From Macrostomum lignano (Eukaryota), in the NCBI GenBank assembly GCA_002269645.1, contig NIVC01002446.1:1-64000 (forward strand): a stretch of DNA of 64,000 nt. The letters are read 5' to 3'. The translations under genes and the position numbers were made by a program. Positions 34,566 through 47,269 of the stretch are shown here, in pieces. Within the stretch, counting starts at the first letter, position 1. Each line of letters begins with the position of its first letter. Below the pieces are notes generated by a model, which did not search any database, had not been told where the DNA came from, and saw only the letters and a program-made list of their open reading frames with translations.

Positions 34566-37500
34566 TCAGCCAAGCCAACCCTGCGGCTTAGGATTTGGCC
34601 CCCTTTTTTCAATATGCAATGGCTTGGCCAAGTGGGTTTAGCATATCTTTATATTATTATCCATTAAAACATGAGTTGCAGTGATAATTATACATTATGT
34701 CCTTAGAATTTTTAATAAACTTGTTTTTTATTGCTATTCCATTTAAACAAGAAATGAAGTTAAGATAAACATTTCTTATGAAAATTGGACCAACAATAGA
34801 GATTCTTTGTCTTTGTGTAAATATTCTTCTATAGATATCAACATGAGAACAAATCTTAATTCTTCCTCTTATAAAAAATCTACTATATAAAGGAATAATT
34901 ACATATTTTATAAAGCTGTTTTGATATTTTTCAGAATGCCTATAGTTCAGTTTTTCCAACTAGCTATTGAAATGCTATTTTAAACATTTTATTAATGTCA
35001 ACATATGGACAAATTAAAAAAAGCAAATAATGAGTAACATATTAAATATTGAAAATGTCAAAATATTAATGCTTAAACACTTAAGCATCGAATGTAACAA
35101 AGAAGTATATGAATTCAGATTGATTTGACACCAAGAACATAAATTATATTCCTTAAATTAAAACTTTTCTAAAGGGTTTTTATATCCTGTAAACAAACTT
35201 TAAAAAGCTGTTTATAAATTTTATTGTTATTCTTGGACTCAATCACTTGTGTTGGGCTTTGTTTTAATCTGAATAGAATTGAATTGAAACTTTGAGCAAT
35301 CTTTAATGTTTGTAATAAAATAAACAATTGTCATAAACATACATGCGCAACAGTCGGCCAATCTGGCTGACTAATTTGGCGGCCAACCAAGGTAAGTTGC
35401 AAAAATGCCAACCCAAAAAATATCTAAGTAGTACTAAGTAGATGACGAGGCATTTTGCCTTAATAAGATAGTTACTCCTGCTGTTTACCCAAAGTTGTGT
35501 TAATTTTGCCTGAGGGCTTCTTTTATATGTAGCTTGTAAGTTGCATTTTTGGCCAAAAACTATGTTGCATTTTTGTTAAAACTAAGTTGCACAGTTGACA
35601 GATTTTGGAGGTTGCACATGTATGGTCATAAAGATACTATAACTATACTAAATAAACTTGCCTCCTATTGGAATAAATGCACATATGGCATATGATTATC
35701 CACCATACAAAGTTGTTAAATTTTGGTGCCTAAAATTTAAGCACCACACTATTACAAAATTTGCTATATTCATATATAAAATTTGCCACACCTAAGCATA
35801 ATATTTATAAACCTGTATTGCATACCCATAGGATCTGAAATTGTATTCCAATAGGCCATAGTTAGGAAGGTGTCCTATACATTAGAATTTTCTAGTGTGC
35901 ATTAGCCCTTCATAGTTCATTAGGCCTAGCATATATATTTAGCATGCATGAATCTTAAAAAAGTTGTATTTGGCATATAAGAAGTGATAAACAAAGCTAT
36001 TTGAAAATAAGCACAAATATTGTAACAAAGCTTTAACAAAGTTTTACTACACAAAAGGTAGAACATTTTGAAGAAAAAGGTTGCAGTTATAAAGTGAGTG
36101 ATAATTTATGTATTAGAATGGTATTTAATTGAAGTTTTTGTAAAGGAGAAATAGACACAACACTTATTTTGTTATAATGTACATTTAATATCAAACATAA
36201 CAATGGAAAAAATTATTTGATTGTTGCAATGCAAAAAGGTTCTTTATTGTTGCAACACAAAAATAATGTCACATAATTTTGAAATTTTGGTGTACATGAC
36301 AAAGACAAAGTCACATTTGACTTTATCTTAATCTTTCCCTCCTAGTCTATCAATATTAACCATGAGCCATAATTACTAATAAGTGATAACTACTACCAAT
36401 TGTGGGTTTATTTTTTGTGTGCAGACATATATGCCCAACACCCACATACATGCGCAACCTTGGGAATCACCTAGCCATTTCTATTGGCAACATATACATG
36501 TATGTTGCTATTGGCTAAGAGCAGTCACGTGACTACTATTCCATCCAATAGCAACTTACATGTGTGTGTTGCAAATAGAAATGGCCAGGTGAATCCCTAG
36601 GTTGCGCCCAAGCATGAACACTCATCCAACCTGTCTGAACCAGATGGGTGAAATGGCCACCGGCCAAGGTAAGTTACAAAATTGAAAATGTGATAAATGA
36701 AAATTTGGGGATAGAAAGAAATTAAAAGAAGAGAAAGGGAAAAGAAAGAAGGGAGAAAAGAGAGGGGAAAGAGGAGAGAGAAAGAGAAAGAGAAGAAAAG
36801 AGAAAAAGGCAAGAAAAGTCATATACAAAGTGAAAATTAAGTTGCAATTGGGAGAACTAAGTCAAAATTGAGAGGAACTAAGTTGCAATCAGGAGGAACT
36901 AAGTCACAAATCTGGACAAATCTAAGTTGCACTAGACAGGTAAAATTTTGAGGTTGGGCATATATGTGCACAGAGTGTGCATATGCACCCTAAATTTTAA
37001 AATTGCACTCTGAATGAAAAGTGGATGCAGTTTAGGTGTAGTCTCATAACCTTTTTTCCATTGAAGCCTTATTTGCACTGCCTTTAACTAAGAAAAAGGA
37101 GAAGTTGCATTCTGAGCCTTAAATTGCATTCTGAAAATGAGCATAGGGTGCAATTTTGCACTTTGTCTCTGGCAAAAAAGAAAACCCTGTACCAATCGTA
37201 CTGTGGTAAAGTTGCGCGTCTGAGAAAAAGTAGAATTAAGAAGGTGAGCGAGTCTGACAATGCCTGACGCGAGGCGAAACATGTCGCATACAAAATGATA
37301 ATGCTCACCTTCTTAATTCTACCTGTACCAATCCTATCAATCCCTTCATTTGTAAGCCCTTAATTATAGCATAAAGAACCAATTGAATTCCTGTATGCAA
37401 TGTACATAGCATAGGCCAAAAATATTATTATTAGTATATATTTACAGGTAATTGCCAAGTTTCATTCATTAAATTATTTTGACTCTAGAAAAGTACTGTA

Positions 37501-37859
37501 CAAACTATTTTAAGTACAGCATAGCATGCAGCATAGCCTTGCTAAATTTAGGACTTTACTTTGGGTTATTTGTTATTTGTCAACTTGTTAAAGATCATTG
37601 ATGTTTAGACTTGACCATAGACCCCTTTTTAAGTAAAAAAATGTTCAAATGTTCTTGCCATAGACCAAGGGTTAGCAAACTTTTCAGTGCAGGCCAGATT
37701 GGACAAGGACAACTAGCTGAGATGGCAAGCCAGAAAAAAATACACAACAAATTAAGGCTATAAATGACAATTTGGTATCTTACAGAATTGTTTGATAAAT
37801 TATTTTTTGCTTATATTTGATTATTTTTTAATTTTAGAGTAAAAAATATGAAACAAGTG

Positions 37860-38358
37860 AAAAATCAAATAGTTTAACATATACTAGCAGCTAAATTGTT
37901 TGTTATAGTCAATTGCTACATTATGATATGAGGTTACTACTTGAAAGTTAAACAGTGGCACAATCCAACTTTAGGCCACTAGTCATCTAGCTATCCAAAG
38001 AGTAGTAGTCCAAAATCAGAAAAGTAAGCAATGGCTTAACTTGAATCCTAGTATTGGTAGCTTGGCAGCTAATTTTTCAATCTTAAATGCATCTCCCTTT
38101 AAAAGTTCCCCTAGCCCTACATTGTCACAGCCTTTTGACCATATATATGCATATTAATACTTTGTATGCATAAAACTAATACTATTTTAAGAATTCCTGA
38201 TATCAGTGCACAAATTCAAATATTGTAGAGAGATGTCTTGGATAAAATTACCTAATGACACTATTACCCAACATTAAAGTAGTACCCTTGTGTCGTAATA
38301 TATCAATTGTCTATAACAAACAATTTAGCTGCCAGTACATGTTAAACTATTAGATCAT
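37860..38358. mobile_element. MITE-like element with ~60-bp imperfect TIRs, nested in the hAT element
   Basis: AATAGTTTAACATATACTAGCAGCTAAATTGTTTGTTATAGTCAATTG (~37869) is inverted at ~38304-38351. Confidence 0.6.
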
Positions 38359-38364
38359 TCACTT

Positions 38365-39721
38365 GTTTCATATGGTCCGTCTGTGTCTATCTATGTGATA
38401 GATTAAAGAAAGAATGGCTCAACCAATTTTCTTCAAACTTGCACAGTTTGATTAGAAATTTTTCTATGACGGTACATGCAACATGGCTAAGAAATTGCTC
38501 ATTACTAAAGGGATTAAATATTCATCAAACATGCTTTTTGCAAAGGTCAAATAGCTCTTTCAACTTGAAATTCATTGTAAGAATGCTAAGAAAAAACTGA
38601 CTAGTTGAATTCTAATTCTAAAATAGATTGCATCATAATAGGCTTTTTATTTATTGTCTATATACTGGCTGAATTTTGACACTGAATTGAACTGTGTCAC
38701 AGTATTGAAAACACAGTAGGGGCCCATGGAAGCATAGCACAATACTTGATTTATATTGCATAACCATATTGCTAACTTTAATAAAGATTGGTACTGACTT
38801 ACCTAAGAAATTGATTATGTCATAACTGCTTTGTGTGACTTTTACTCAATTGACTTGGTGTGAGTATTGAATTATAAGTGCTACAAATTCATTTATAAAC
38901 TCAATGAGAACTAGCTTAGATGTGAATGCACTGGACTACTAATGCAACATTCAATAACCAGGGTTTGAATCTTAGTAGGGTAAAAGTAGTTTAATTTTTT
39001 ATTGAAAGCTTTTATTAAAGAGCTAATTAAAAAGATTTATATTACCAAGGATTACTGCACTTGAGTGACTAAGGATTACTGCACTTGAGTGACTAAGGAT
39101 TACTGCACTTGATAGACCAAAGATTACTGCACCTAAAATACCAAGTATTACTTTACTTGATAGACTAAGGATTATTATACTTGATAAACTAAAGATTATT
39201 GCACTTGATAAACCAAGGATTCTTTTTATCTAGGGATGCTTACTATCTACAGAATGTTTACTATCTGGGTGGATACTTGCTATCTAGGTGGATGCTTGAT
39301 ATCTAGGGGGATACTTGCTATCTAGGTAAATACTTGTTATCTAGGTAGATACTTGCTATCTGGGTAGATGCTTGCTATCTAGGTAGATATTTGCTATCTA
39401 GGTAGATGCTCATTATCTGGGTGGATGCTTGCTCTCTAGGGGATGTTTTCTATTTAGGGGGAATGTCTATTATTGTTATGAAACATTATGACTATGTTAT
39501 TGTCTTTCTATTAAGTTTAGAAAAAAGAAAGATTCATAGTAAACATCAGTGTCCATGACAATTGTACTCAAATAAAGTGATTTATAAAACTGAAGATTAG
39601 AAGGAATTGGTTCTTGACTTAAGTCAAGAAACTGTGCTTTTTTAATTGTTTTCCATGAACTATTTCTGCTCCTTGCTTTGCTTATTGGGCACCCCAAAGG
39701 AGGGCCACACTAGATTGCTAG
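38365..39721 (+). mobile_element. Older Helitron-like non-autonomous copy
   Basis: 38370-38900 aligns to 41185-41700 and 46670-47200; ends in a GC-rich segment plus AGATTGCTAG|T like the other copies. The 5' terminus is eroded. Confidence 0.72.
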
Positions 39722-41809
39722 TTTGGACTCTAAAAATAGAAAGGAATCAAATTCTAACAAAAAATAATTTAATGAACAATTCTATAGGATAGCCAACAAT
39801 TTTAGATGTTAGACCAAATACAACCAACAATACCACAGTTGAAATTGACATAGGAATTTTTAAGGTGAAAGATAATTTTGCTTGTAAAGTTGAATGTTTT
39901 AACACAAAATTGATTTGTTAGCCATTTTTACATTGTTTAACAATTTGACAATCATTATTCGCATTTTTATGCAGAACAATCCATTACTACAAACAATGCA
40001 TTGTTTTTAGGATCGTCAAACAGAAAAACAATGCAAAGAATCAGCGGTCGCAGCACGTGACAACGATTTGTCTATGGCTCGCGCCTACTGGCGCTCGCCA
40101 GACAATTGTTGTCACGCACTGGGACTGCTGATTATTTATCCATTGTTAGATAGTAAGAGTGCCGCAGGCTGGACTTAAAGATGTTGCATGCCGGATCTGG
40201 CCCGCAGACCGCAGTTTACCAACCCATGCCATAGACTATTGTAGCTTTCTAGTGTCAGATATATTAGGCCCGATAACAAATTCCTATGGTCACCGTGGGG
40301 ATAAACTGCCAAAAGTTAAAGACAAATTTATATTTTCATAGGGGGGGGGGCTAACTTGTTTGCCCTAATTAATTAAACCCAAGCCAAGATCGAAAGAAAG
40401 TAAACTCAGAAAGCTTTGGCCTAGGCCAACATGACTTACGCCCTATTATAATTTAGACTTAGGATCATGCGCGTGCAGTGACGAAATAACGAGCGTATTT
40501 TTAAATTTAACAAAATTTTACGCTTTTATAATTTATAAAGGTAAATAAATTAAACAAAACTTAGAATGAACTCTAAAAACACTTTCACTTGAAATTATAA
40601 CACACTTCCATTCAAAAATAATTTAAAGAAAAGACTCTCCTAACTTTACTTGACCGCTGTGAATGCATATCTATTTAACAAGTTATTTTTATACCTACCA
40701 AAAATACATCAAGTTTTTATATACGCGCAGTGGGCTACAATTAAAAAAATCTCGGTTGTTTTCAGGAATTTAAAGCTGTAAAAGTTCGAGACGAATTCTA
40801 ATAAAGAATAATCATATACATATACTGCCCAAGGACGACTTAAGTAGAAGGACGGGAAACCTCGTTTCTTAGAAAATTTTTGAAGGCACTTTTTCCCGAA
40901 AAAATACACTACGGAGATAGGAAATTTTCATTTTTTCAGCACAAAAATTGCTATTACTTTTGATAGGAGGCAGATCCAGTGCTCATCTTTTGATATGTTG
41001 TGCCTTTTTTATTGCTCTATCGATATTTATAAAGCTTTTAGTTCAGAAAATTAGGATTCTATGTCAATTTTTTATTCTACGTACATTTCCTGTATCTGAA
41101 AATCACAAAAATGCATGACACAGCTCCAATATTTGCTTTTATGAACCTATTTTATCATCTCTGTTACAAATCCTATATACTAAAAATGGTCTGTCTGTGT
41201 CTATCTATCTATCTATCTATCTATGTGATCGATTAGAGAAAAAATGGCTGGACCGATTTTGTTCGAACTTGCACTGTTCGATCAGAAATTTTCCCGTGAC
41301 GGTACATGCATCGTGGCTAAGAAATTGCTCAATGCTAGAGGCATTAAATATTCGAAAAACATGCTTTTTTGCAAAGGTCAAGCAAACTTTTTGACTTGAA
41401 ATGCATTGTAAGAATGCTAGAGAAAAAACTGACTGGTTGAATTCTGATTCTGAAATAGATTGCATCATAACTGAATTGTAACTCCGACTTGAATTGAAAA
41501 TGCAGTGTGGAAGCCTAGCACCAGACTTGATTTAAATTGCGTAACCATATCCTATATACTAAAAATGTGATGTCTATATATATATATATGTGATAGATTA
41601 GAGAAAAAATGGCTGGACCGATACTGACTGACTGAGAAACTGATTATGTCATAACTGCTTCGTGTGATTTACTCTATGCTTGGATTTTAAACTGTTGAAT
41701 TATATATATATGTGCAAAATTTGATGCGACGATGGTTCGAATTTTCATAGAATATAATTTTTTCAATTAAAGCTTTTCAACGTCAGGAAAACTAAAAGAC
41801 TTTTTAAAA

Positions 41810-44800
41810 AGAAGCGTCATGTAAAAATCATAGAAGCGTCATATAAAAATCATAGATGCGTCATTTAAAAAATCATAGAAGCATCGTATAAAAATCATAG
41901 AAGCGTCATGTAAACAATCCTAGAAGCGTCATGTAAACAATCATAGAAGCGCCATGTAAAAATCATAGAAGCGTCATGTAAACAATCATAGAAGCGTCAT
42001 GTAAACAATCATAGAAGCGTCATGTCAAAATCATAGAAGCGTCATGTAAACAATCATAGAAGCGTCATGTAAAATCATAGAATCGTCCTGCCAAAATCGT
42101 AGAAGCGTCATGTAAACAATCATAGAAGCGTCATATAAACAATCATAGAAGCGTCATGTAAACAATCCTAGAAGCGTTATGTAAACAATCCTAGAAGCGT
42201 CATGTAAACAATCATAGAAGCGTTATGTAAACAATCCTAGAAGCGTCATGTAAACAATCATAGAAGCGTCATGTAAACAATCATAGAAGCGCCATGTAAA
42301 AATCATAAAAGCGACATGTAAAAATCATAGAAGCGTCATGTAAAATCATAGAATCGTCCTGCCAAAATCGTAGAAGCGTCATGTAAAAAATCCTTGAAGC
42401 GTCATGTAAACAATCATAGAAGCGTCATGAAACAATCATAGAAGCGTCATGTAAACAATCATAGAAGCGTCATGTAAACAATCCTAGAAGCGTCATGTAA
42501 ACAATCCTAGAAGCGTCATGTAAACAATCATAGAAGCGTCATGTAAACAATCCTAGAAGCGTCATGTAAACAATCATAGAAGCGTCATGTAAAAAATCAT
42601 AGAAGCGCCAAGTAAAAATCATAAAAGCGTCATGTAAACAATCATTCAAGCGTCATTTAAACAATCATAGAAGCGTCATGTAAACAAGCATAGAAGAACG
42701 TAAACAATCATAGAAGCGTCATGTAAACAATCATTCAAGCGTCATTTAAACAATCATAGAAGCGTCATGTAAACAAGCATAGAAGCGTCATGTAAAAATC
42801 ATAGAAGCGTCATGTAAACAATCATAGAAGCGTCATGTCAAAATCATAGAAGCGTCATGTAAACAATCATAGAAGCGTCATGAAACAATCATAGAAGCGT
42901 CATGTAAACAATCATAGAAGCGCCATGTAAACAATCATAGAAGCGTCATGTAAAAATCATAGAACCGTCATGTAAACAATCATAGAAGCGTCATGAAACA
43001 ATCATAGAAACGTCATGTAAAAATCATAGAAGCGTCATGTAAACAATCATAGAAGCGTCATGTAAACAATCATAGAAGCGTCATGTAAAATCATAGAATC
43101 GTCCTGCCAAAATCGTAGAAGCGTCATGTAAAAAATCCTTGAAGCGTCATGTAAACAATCATAGAAGCGTCATGAAACAATCATAGAAGCGTCATGTAAA
43201 CAATCATAGAAGCGTCATGTAAACAATCCTAGAAGCGTCATGTAAACAATCCTAGAAGCGTCATGTAAACAATCATAGAAGCGCCATGTAAACAATCCTA
43301 GAAGCGTCATGTAAACAATCATAGAAGCGTCATGTAAACAATCATAGAAGCGCCAAGTAAAAATCATAAAAGCGTCATGTAAACAATCATTCAAGCGTCA
43401 TTTAAACAATCATAGAAGCGTCATGTAAACAATCATAGAAGAATGTAAACAATCATAGAAGCGTCATGTAAACAATCATTCAAGCGTCATTTAAACAATC
43501 ATAGAAGCGTCATGTAAACAAGCATAGAAGAATGTAAACAATCATAGAAGCGTCATGTAAACAATCATTCAAGCGTCATTTAAACAATCATAGAAGCGTC
43601 ATGTAAACAAGCATAGAAGCGTCATGTAAAAATCATAGAAGCGTCATGTAAACAATCATAGAAGCGTCATGTCAAAATCATAGAAGCGTCATGTAAACAA
43701 TCATAGAAGCGTCATGAAACAATCATAGAAGCGTCATGTAAACAATCATAGAAGCGCCATGTAAACAATCATAGAAGCGTCATGTAAAAATCATAGAAGC
43801 GTCATGTAAACAATCATAGAAGCGTCATGAAACAATCATAGAAACGTCATGTAAAAATCATAGAAGCGTCATGTAAACAATCATAGAAGCGTCATGTAAA
43901 CAATCATAGAAGCGTCATGTAAACAATCATAGAAGCGTCATGTAAACAATCATAAAAGCGCCATGTAAAAATCATAAAAGCGTCATGTAAACAATCATAG
44001 AAGCGTCATGAAACAATCATTCAAGCGTCATTTAAACAATCATAGAAGCGTCATGTAAACAAGCATAGAAGAATGTAAACAATCATAGAAGCGTCATGTA
44101 AAAATCATAGAAGCGTCATGAAACAATCATAGAAGCGTCATGTAAAAAATCATAAAAGCGTCATGTAAAAATCGTAGAAGCGTCATGTAAAAATCATAGA
44201 AGCATCATGTAAAATCATAGAAGCGTCATGTAAAAATCATAGAAGCGTCATGTAAAATCGTAGAATCGTCCTGCCAAAATCGTAGAAGCGTCATGTAAAA
44301 AATCATAGAAGCGTCATGTAAAAATCATAGAAGCGTCATGTAAAATCATAGAATCATCCTGCCAAAATCGTAGAAGCGTCATGTAAAAAATCCTTGAAGC
44401 GTCATGTAAACAATCATAGAAGCGTCATGAAACAATCATAGAAGCGTCATGTAAACAATCATAGAAGCGTCATGTAAACAATCCTAGAAGCGTTATGTAA
44501 ACAATCCTAGAAGCGTCATGTAAACAATCATAGAAGCGTTATGTAAACAATCCTAGAAGCGTCATGTAAACAATCATAGAAGCGTCATGTAAACAATCAT
44601 AGAAGCGCCATGTAAAAATCATAGAAGCATCATGTAAACAATCATAGAAGCGTCATATAAAAATCATAGAAGCGTTATGTAAAAATGATAGAAGCGTCAT
44701 ATAAAAAATCATAGAAGGGTCATGTAAACAATCATAGAAGCGTCATATAAAAATCATAGAAGCGTCATGTAAACAATCATAGAAGCGTCATGAAACAATC

Positions 44801-45480
44801 ATAGAAGCGTCATGTAAACAATCATAGAAGCGTCATGAAACAATCATAGAAGCGTCATGTAAACAATCATAGAAGCGCCATGTAAAAAATCATAGAAGCG
44901 TCATGTAAACAATCATAGAAGCGTCATGTAAAAATCATAGAAGCGTCATATAAAAATCATAGATGCGTCATGTAAAAATCATAGATGCGTCATGTAAACA
45001 ATCATAGAAGCGTCATGTAAACAATCATAGAAGCGTCATGTAAACAATCATAGAAGCGTCATGTAAAAAATCATAGAAGCGTCATGTAATGAATCATAGA
45101 AGCGTCATGTAAACAATCATAGAAGCGTCATGTAAACAATCATAGAAGCGTCATGTAAAAATCATAGAAGCGTCATGTATAAAATCATAGAAGCGTCATG
45201 TAAACAATCATAGAAGCGTCATGTAAAAAATCGTAGAAGCGTCATTTAAAAATCATAGAAAGCGTTATTTAAAAAAATCATAGAAGCGTCATGTAAAAAA
45301 TCATAGAAGCGTCATGTAAACAATCATAGAAGCGTCATGTAAAAAATCATAGAAGCGTCATGTAAAAATTATAGAAGCGTCAAGAAAAAATCATAGAAGC
45401 GTCATGTAAAAAAAGTCATAGAAGCGTCATGTTAAAATCATAGAAGCGTCATGAAAAAATCATAGAAGCCTCATTTAAAA
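41810..45480. repeat. 21-23-bp satellite (~3.6 kb) inside Helitron unit 1
   Basis: AATCATAGAAGCGTCATGTAAAC unit with variant higher-order blocks. Confidence 0.97.
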
Positions 45481-46391
45481 ACTAAGGAAAGTGTCATTTA
45501 AAAAATTAAGAAGCATCATGGTAGAATAAAAGAAGCGTCATGTCAGACATGAAGGGTGTCATGTAAAAATAAATGCAGCTATAATGCTGTGCTGGGGAGA
45601 AAAACTGAGACGTTAAGGCTCTCAGAGAATAACTGAGATTACGGGGGGGGGGGGGTTGCTGAGATGTCAAAGCAAAAGTCAGAAGCTACTTCAAAGTTCA
45701 TGTACTTTACTCAATTTTTTTATTACATTCTTTGTTGGCTCGCCACGGGGGGGGTCGCTGATAGAAGAAGAGTCATGTAAAAAATAAAAGTAGCACTATG
45801 TATACATAAAAGAAAAGTCATGTCGAAGTTAAAAGATTCATTTGGGAATTGCTATGATGTCAAAGCTTGGAGGGAATCGTTACAGTGCTGTGATTCTTAA
45901 AGAAGGAATCACTAAAATGTCAAGGCTTAGGGGAGAAGAATTGCTGAGATTCAAGGCTTTAGGTTGGGTTAAAGTTAGGTTTAGGTCAGGTGTGGGTTGA
46001 GGGTTATATTTTATCGGGTTTCAAGGTTAACGGGGGATTTTTCAGATTTCAAGGTTTATGGAGGCCATCGCTGACATGTCAAGGCTTACGGGGGAATAGC
46101 TGAGATGTCAAGGCTCACGGGGTATAAATGAGATTTCAAAGCTAAAGTCAGAAGCTACATGTAAACAATCATGTAAAGTTTATTGAAAACTTTTTATTAC
46201 ATTATTTGATGCCTCCTCAGGGGAGGGATCGCTGATAAAAAAAGCGTAATGTAAAAAATAAAAGAAGCTTCATGTCGAAGTTAAGAGATTCATTTGGGAA
46301 TCCCTACGATGTCGAGGCTTGCAGGAAATCGCTATAATGCTGTAGCAGTGCTATAATGACTCTTAGAGAGAATTACTGAAATTTCAATGCT

Positions 46392-46425
46392 TTAGGGTTA
46401 GGGTTAGGGTTAGGGTTAGGGTTAG
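46392..46425 (+). repeat. Interstitial (TTAGGG)5 tract
   Basis: Five perfect TTAGGG plus TTAG; a degenerate version at ~45958-46005. Confidence 0.9.
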
Positions 46426-47269
46426 AAGGTTGACAGATATTTTTAGATTTCCAAGGCTTATTGGGGGCATTGCTGAGATGTCAAGGGGGGGAGTTGATAT
46501 GTTAAAGCTTGTGGTGGGGAATTACTGACATGTCAAGGCTTACAAGGTTTGACAGGAGATTTTTTAAGATTTCAAGGATACATGTAGCTTATTAAAAAAA
46601 CGTGTAGCGATTGCATTTCTTTGGCTCCCCAACGGGGGGCGTAGATTGCTAGTCCTATATACTAAAAATGAGTTGTCTGTGGGTAGGTAGGTAGGTAGGT
46701 ATGCGATAGATTTCAGAAAAAATGGCTCAACCGATTTTCTTCAAACTTGCACCATTCGATCAGAAATTTTCCTGGGACGGTACATGCATCTTGGCTAAGA
46801 AATTGCTCAATTTTAAAGGGATTAAATATTCGAAAAACATGCTTTTTTGCAAAGGTCAAGCAGCTCTTTCGACCTGAAATGCATTGTAAGAATGCTAGAG
46901 AAAAAACTGACTGACTGAATTCCGATTGTGATAAAGATTGCATCACAACAAGTTGAAAACAGTACCGAAGAAATGCACACACGACTTGATTTAAATTGCG
47001 TAACCATATTGCTAACTTAAATTGAGACTGATACTGGCTGACTGAGAAATTGATTATGTCATAACTTTTTACTCCAATTGACTTGCTGTAAGAATTGAAT
47101 TATAAGGGCCACAATTCATGTTCTCCAATTGAAAAGAGATAGCCCTGATGCGAACAGACTGGAATGCTAATGTAGCGACCTGGGTTCGAATCATAGTAGT
47201 GCAAAAAGATTTTTTTATTAAAACACCTTAAAAACACAACAAAACTGCTAAACATCAAAGAAGCGCAAT

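Larger units (their letters stand above)
37666..40228. mobile_element. Non-autonomous hAT-type DNA transposon carrying nested insertions
   Basis: TIRs CAAGGGTTAGCAAACT / AGTTTACCAACCCATG (13/16 match); 8-bp TSD CCATAGAC at 37658-37665 and 40229-40236. Confidence 0.82.
41171..46652 (+). mobile_element. Helitron-like non-autonomous element, unit 1
   Basis: A|TCCTATATACTAAAAATG start, subterminal microsatellite, end CCCCAACGGGGGGC hairpin plus AGATTGCTAG. No Rep/helicase ORF. Confidence 0.82.

Noticed and set aside
46392-46425. Chromosome end
   Set aside because: Only five repeats, internal to a mobile element, with unique sequence on both sides.
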